DNA of 24,743 bases from a virus. Taxonomy: Duplodnaviria; Caudoviricetes. Positions within the stretch are counted from its first letter, which is position 1, and every line of letters starts with the position of its first letter. The notes beneath the pieces were generated by a model that was not told the origin of the DNA, made no database searches, and was given only the letters and a program-made list of their open reading frames with translations. A program made the translations under genes and the position numbers. Location of the stretch: positions 1 to 24,743 of IMG/VR virus record IMGVR_UViG_3300025653_000247; one strand, written 5' to 3'. Below are positions 24,102-24,743 of this stretch, in pieces.

Positions 24102-24213
24102 CTGGTAATTCCTCCTGACATTTAGAACAATACACTTGATACCCTTCCCAATAGGCAGGGCGACCGCAATGTTGCCATGAAACATCGCCGTCAATCATTT
24201 CCCATTTAGACAT
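24091..24213 (-). CDS. 40-aa zinc-ribbon-like protein
   Basis: MSKWEMIDGDVSWQHCGRPAYWEGYQVYCSKCQEELPDEI. Confidence 0.6.
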   Translation of the reverse strand: MSKWEMIDGDVSWQHCGRPAYWEGYQVYCSKCQEELPDEI

Positions 24214-24364
24214 TGGTAACTCTTTCAGTAAATTCATATTGATCTTCATTTACATCTGCCCCGCATTCTACACACACTTGCAGTTCGCAGGTATCGCATT
24301 CATCGCAATCAAGCCAACGAACAAATGCGTTGCAACATTCTGAGATTAGACCGTCAATGATCAT
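24206..24364 (-). CDS. 52-aa Cys-rich acidic protein
   Basis: SECCNA...CDECDTCELQVCVECG; TAATG coupling. Confidence 0.65.
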   Translation of the reverse strand: MIIDGLISECCNAFVRWLDCDECDTCELQVCVECGADVNEDQYEFTERVTNV

Positions 24365-24513
24365 TAGAAAGGAACCTCCGCATAGGTGACCATCTTGGAA
24401 CCGTTCCACAGTTGGATAGTTCCATCATTGTCGTTGTAGAAAGGCTTTCCAACATAGTCGAAAGCGTTATCGGGGAAGGCTGCGTACACGCTCGCCCATG
24501 CATCATTCAGCAT
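24364..24513 (-). CDS. 49-aa hypothetical protein
   Basis: MLNDAWASVYAAFPDNAFDY...AEVPF; TAATG coupling at both ends. Confidence 0.6.
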   Translation of the reverse strand: MLNDAWASVYAAFPDNAFDYVGKPFYNDNDGTIQLWNGSKMVTYAEVPF

Positions 24514-24734
24514 TAGTCCATCATCTCCATCATGCGTTCGTAGTTGCAATCTGCACATAGCGGTTGTCCAGAGGTGGACACGCTCCAAGCCTTGCGGCCT
24601 TCCACAAGCATACGCTCACGGGTATCACATACAATGCAATCATTTACCATGGTGCTAACACTAGCATAGGGGTCTGACACTCCCCCGAAACAATCATTGA
24701 CTACACGGGTGTAGTTGGCGATGGCTTGAGCCAT
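24513..24734 (-). CDS. Cys-rich small protein; may start beyond the window edge, or at the leaderless ATG 24650
   Basis: CIVCD...PLCADC; the frame is open to the window end and reads through promoter copy 5. Confidence 0.55.
   Translation of the reverse strand: MAQAIANYTRVVNDCFGGVSDPYASVSTMVNDCIVCDTRERMLVEGRKAWSVSTSGQPLCADCNYERMMEMMD
24658..24679 (-). promoter_or_regulatory. Repeated early-type promoter, copy 5
   Basis: TGTCAGACCCCTATGCTAGTGT, 7 nt before ATG 24650. Confidence 0.75.
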
Positions 24735-24743
24735 TGGATTAGA

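Noticed and set aside
1-24743. Stop-codon reassignment or mobile elements
   Set aside because: Genes tile densely under the standard code with TAA, TAG and TGA all used as stops. No suppressor tRNA, transposase, integrase or RT was recognised.

Overview
This window looks like part of a tailed-phage genome. An actinobacterial host is inferred from a conserved CDRC/LxFC small protein, a TTGTCCACA DnaA box, leaderless starts and a PNGGSS membrane protein. There are four blocks. (1) 1-7430 and 14700-18300, minus strand: tail-fibre and baseplate-appendage modules. These include a >1306-aa multi-beta-propeller adhesin built from 990-nt repeats, which runs off the window edge and is missing from the ORF track. 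(2) 7750-14700, minus strand: a PASTA-(Pro/Phe repeat)-Hint protein, followed by a tightly coupled run of nine enzyme-like genes (GNAT-like, degenerate oxygenase-fold, four 2OG-Fe(II) prolyl-hydroxylase-like, two DUF6065-like, one SDR) and then a holin. This block is the best candidate for an undescribed system: a phage-encoded post-translational tailoring pathway for a self-cleaving (FFPP)n peptide. (3) 18400-21600: tRNA-Asn, tRNA-Thr, tRNA-Arg, a compact tmRNA, thyX and small genes. (4) 21750-24743: an early-type region of small Cys-rich ORFs behind a repeated 22-nt promoter motif, with a DnaA-box/GTTAC cluster. All family calls come from motif recognition by eye; no searches were run.
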